DNA from: Alkalispirochaeta sp.
GTDB lineage: Bacteria > Spirochaetota > Spirochaetia > DSM-27196 > Alkalispirochaetaceae
Assembly: GCA_965242725.1 (NCBI GenBank)
Contig: CBDESZ010000017.1
Coordinates: forward strand, 52,556 to 116,555
DNA length: 64,000 bases
Direction of reading: 5' to 3'
In this document: positions 61,046 to 64,000 of the stretch, in pieces
How the letters are laid out: each line of letters begins with the position of its first letter
How positions within the stretch are numbered: the stretch's first letter is position 1
Made by a program: the position numbers and the translations under genes
Notes under the pieces: model-generated
What the model saw: the letters and a program-made list of their open reading frames with translations, nothing else
Databases searched by the model: none
Told to the model about the DNA's origin: nothing

Positions 61046-62176
61046 TATATGGCGACTCCGTCGATGAGATCGCCGGGATGGACATAGTTCATGCCAAACG
61101 CTTCGGCGACGCCGCGGTAGGTTATCTTGCCGTCGTAGGTGTTGAGTCCCCTGGCGAGGGCGGAGTTGGCCCGCAGCGCGTCCTCAAAACCGCGGTTGGC
61201 GATCTGCAGCCCGTAGGGCAGCGTCGCGGTGGTGAGCGCACCTGGGTGGAGGTTCTCGAGACCCCGCCGGGCATATTGGCGACGCAGTAATGGATGACGT
61301 CTTCAACGACAAAGACGGGATCGTCATGGGTCGTCGGCTTTGTCGTCTCGATACACCCGCCCTGGTCTACGGCGACGTCTACGATTACAGAGCCCTTTTT
61401 CATCCGCCGGAGATCGTCCTTCTTGATGAGATGGGGTGCCTTGGCGCCGGGAATGAGCACCGCTCCGACGATCAGGTCACTCTGCTCAAGAACGAGGTCC
61501 AGATGGGCGGCGTTGGAATAGAGAAGATGGACCCGTCCGGCAAAGACGTCGTCAAGATAATTGAGGCGGTCCACATTCACATCCAGGATCGTCACCGAGG
61601 CGCCGAGACCGACGGCCATCTTGGCGGCGTGGGTACCGACGACACCGCCGCCCCAGAATCGCGACCTTGCCTTTTTCAACACTGGGGATACCCCCCAGCA
61701 GGACACCACGACCACCCTGCGGCCGCTCGAGGAAACGCGCCCCCTCTTGAATGCTCATACGTCCGGCGATCTCGCTCATGGGACGCAGAAGGGGGAGCAC
61801 ACGATTGTCCTCCTCAACGGTCTCGTAGGCGAGACCTTTCACCTTCCGTTTGACCATTTCCTTGGTCAGCATTTCATCTGCGGCGAGGTGCAGGTAGGTG
61901 TAGAGAATCTGCCCCTCTTTCATCAAGGGGTACTCGTCCGGCTGCGGTTCCTTGACCTTGACAACCATGTCGCTGGCGTCCCAGATCTCTTCGGGGGTGT
62001 CGCAGAGGATCGCCCCCGCCCGTTTGTATTCGTCGTCTTCAAATCCGGCGTCGATACCGCTGGATTTCTGCACTCGGACCGTGTGACCCGCAGTGATATA
62101 CGCCTTGGCACAGCTCGGGGTGAGGCCGACGCGGTATTCGTGACGCTTTATCTCTTTTACTGAAACCTATTTGCAT
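61045..62176 (-). CDS. ald: Alanine dehydrogenase (frameshifted)
   Basis: [64 protein letters not shown] coupling to alr. Confidence 0.93.
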
Positions 62177-62298
62177 GGTAAACCTCCAACGTGGGAATGA
62201 TCGTAAGGTTCCCACGGATTTCGTAGCCCGTCAAACATTTTTTTACGGTTTTCGTTGTAGATTCACATGATTCGATAATTTATCATCGAATCTGTGGC

Positions 62299-62752
62299 TC
62301 ATACAAACTTGGAGTACGTTTTCAGGGTCACGAAACTCTCGGTACGGGAAATTCCCTCCACCTTTGAGAGTTCTTCAATGAGAAAATCGACAAGTCCGTG
62401 ATGGCTGTCCAGAAGGAGCTCAATGACCAGGTCAAAGCGCCCCGGAGACGATGGAGACGGAGAGGACGTCGTTAAGGAGGGATATTTCTTCCGCCTTCTG
62501 GGCAAGGAGGTGGCTTTCGGTCACATTGGCTCCCAGCCACACCACCTGCCGGTTGGCGAGTATTTCCGGGTTTATGAGGCCCCGGAGGGAGACGATCCCC
62601 AGCTCCCTCAACCGCTTGATGCGCTGACGGATCATGCCTTCCGAGACGCCGAGCTCTTTGGCGACGGCACTGTTGGATATGACTCCCGCCCGGAGCAACT
62701 CGATGATTGCCCAGTCCCGGTCGTCGAGATCGTGACGTTTGTCTCCGGACAT
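62299..62752 (-). CDS. Lrp/AsnC-family regulator (AldR-like; frameshift near 62440)
   Basis: LDDRDWAIIELL...SNSAVAKELGVSEGMIRQRIKRL; C-terminal GRFDL...VEGISRTESF. Confidence 0.88.
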
Positions 62753-62756
62753 CCGG

Positions 62757-63105
62757 CTATTCCCGCTCCCTGGAACGAGACAGATGAACTGCAAACGGTT
62801 CCGTGCCGGTGTTCCGAAACTGATGTTTCTCGTCGGGCAGGACCATGGCGTAATCACCGGCGGTTACGGGGCACTCCGCTCCCGCTTCATCAATGAGGAC
62901 GCCGGACCCGGCCAGAACGTAATTGAGGTGCTCCCAGGGGTGGGAATGGTAGGGGGTGAATCCCGCCGGGCTCAACGGTAAAGACCCTGAGCGACATCGT
63001 GGGTGTTCCGTCGGCGACTCCGACGGGAACCTGTTTGCTCACGCCCTTCACTTCCGGTGAATCAATGACGGTTCTGGGAACATCTGCCAGTTTGATCGTT
63101 TTCAT
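62757..63105 (-). CDS. Cupin-domain protein (frameshifted)
   Basis: GVSKQVPVG..DGTP, HSHPWEH, PDEKHQFRN, FICLVP. Confidence 0.82.
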
Positions 63106-63155
63106 GACCTGTAGTATGCAGGGGGTTTCCGCCGATAGCAAGCAGAACCGATGCC

Positions 63156-64000
63156 CTACGACCGTCCGCGACGGATCAGTTTTTTCCAGCTCTTCAAGCT
63201 GTCCGGCGCTCCCCAGACCGATGATTCTGTCGCCGGTTCTGATTTTCACCGAGGAGAGCCCCGCCCGTGTCGCATCGTTGCGGGCTGTGTCCGTTGCGGT
63301 CGGTTATGGCCAGGACGATGGCACCGGTGTGCTGTCCGATTTCCGCCTCCCGCAGGGTTTTTCCCGCCAGGGGGGCTGTCCTCGTCCACTGCAAACTCTT
63401 CCATTCGCATGGACACTTCCGTGTCTTCCACGATGACGTCGAGAAAATTCACCACCGAAGGACGCAGTATCGATGACGCGATCCGTCGTCCCGCGATCTT
63501 TGCGGGAGTGATGACCCGGTCGGCGCCGGCCCTGCGGAGTTTCGAAATCGACTGTTCGTCCGTACCTTTCGCGATGATCTTCAGCTCCGGGTGCATCTGC
63601 CGGGCGGTGAGGGTTACAAAGACGTTGTCCGCATCTGAGGGAAGCACCGCGACGAGGCCCGCAGCGTTCTCAATCCGCGCCTGCGCCAGGACCGCTTCTT
63701 CCGATGCGTCGCCGGTAATGAAGGAGAACATCCTCATCGTCGGCGAGCTCAGAATGGGAGGGATCCCGCTCAACCACGAGAAACATCGTTCCCGACCGCC
63801 GAAACTCGTGGACCACCTCCCGTCCGATATCCCCGGCTCCGCAGATAATGTAGTGGTTTTTTCATTTTTCTCAGATTTCGTTCCATACGTCGCTCCCGCA
63901 TTGCCGAAATGACCTGCCCCTCAAAGAGATATGAGATGACCGTGGATATTGAAAATCCCACGGTGGCAACGCTAATGACAATGAAAATGATCGTGAAATG
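63156..64000 (-). CDS. Potassium channel protein with RCK (TrkA_N/TrkA_C) domains (5' end off window, frameshifted)
   Basis: GDASEEAVL..ARI..A..L, SDADNVFV, LRRAGADRVITP..IAG, GKTLREAEI, GDRIIGLG. Confidence 0.85.

Noticed and set aside
1..64000. CRISPR array, cas genes, rRNA or tRNA
   Set aside because: No repeat-spacer periodicity or recognisable RNA gene was found by eye in any intergenic region. The caspase-sigma locus has no cas neighbours.

Overview
A gene-dense, GC-rich (roughly 55-60% by eye) bacterial chromosomal segment. It most resembles a free-living Spirochaetaceae genome (inferred from the 'AGG..E' mature N-termini of the binding proteins and a degenerate YmdB paralogue). It carries housekeeping and catabolic genes: cls, hpt, asnA, a uxaC/uxaE hexuronate operon, an osmoprotectant ABC system, a chvE-gguAB-araD-araA arabinose operon, pfkA and ald-alr. 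Signalling genes include two GGDEF cyclases, a degenerate EAL protein and an MCP-CZB-hemerythrin receptor. Two loci stand out. (1) A ~1.28 kb IS1-like element (16047-17327) has terminal inverted repeats, an atypical catalytic motif and no visible target duplication. A 135-bp non-autonomous relative lies ~9 kb away (26205-26339) and shares the terminal repeat, an identically spaced sub-terminal motif and an adjacent hairpin. (2) A tightly coupled operon (51059-56304, minus strand) encodes a beta-barrel-like protein, an ECF sigma factor, a membrane anti-sigma-like protein, an exported caspase-family protease with a beta-solenoid tail, and a DUF4097 protein. The same R-[IL]-[KR]-G motif occurs in two linkers of the protease and just outside the anti-sigma TM helix, suggesting a caspase-triggered sigma-release pathway. 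Many genes at 27.7-33.7 kb and 57-64 kb carry frameshifts; those traced are single-base insertions in short homopolymers, most likely long-read consensus errors. No rRNA, tRNA or CRISPR array was recognised.
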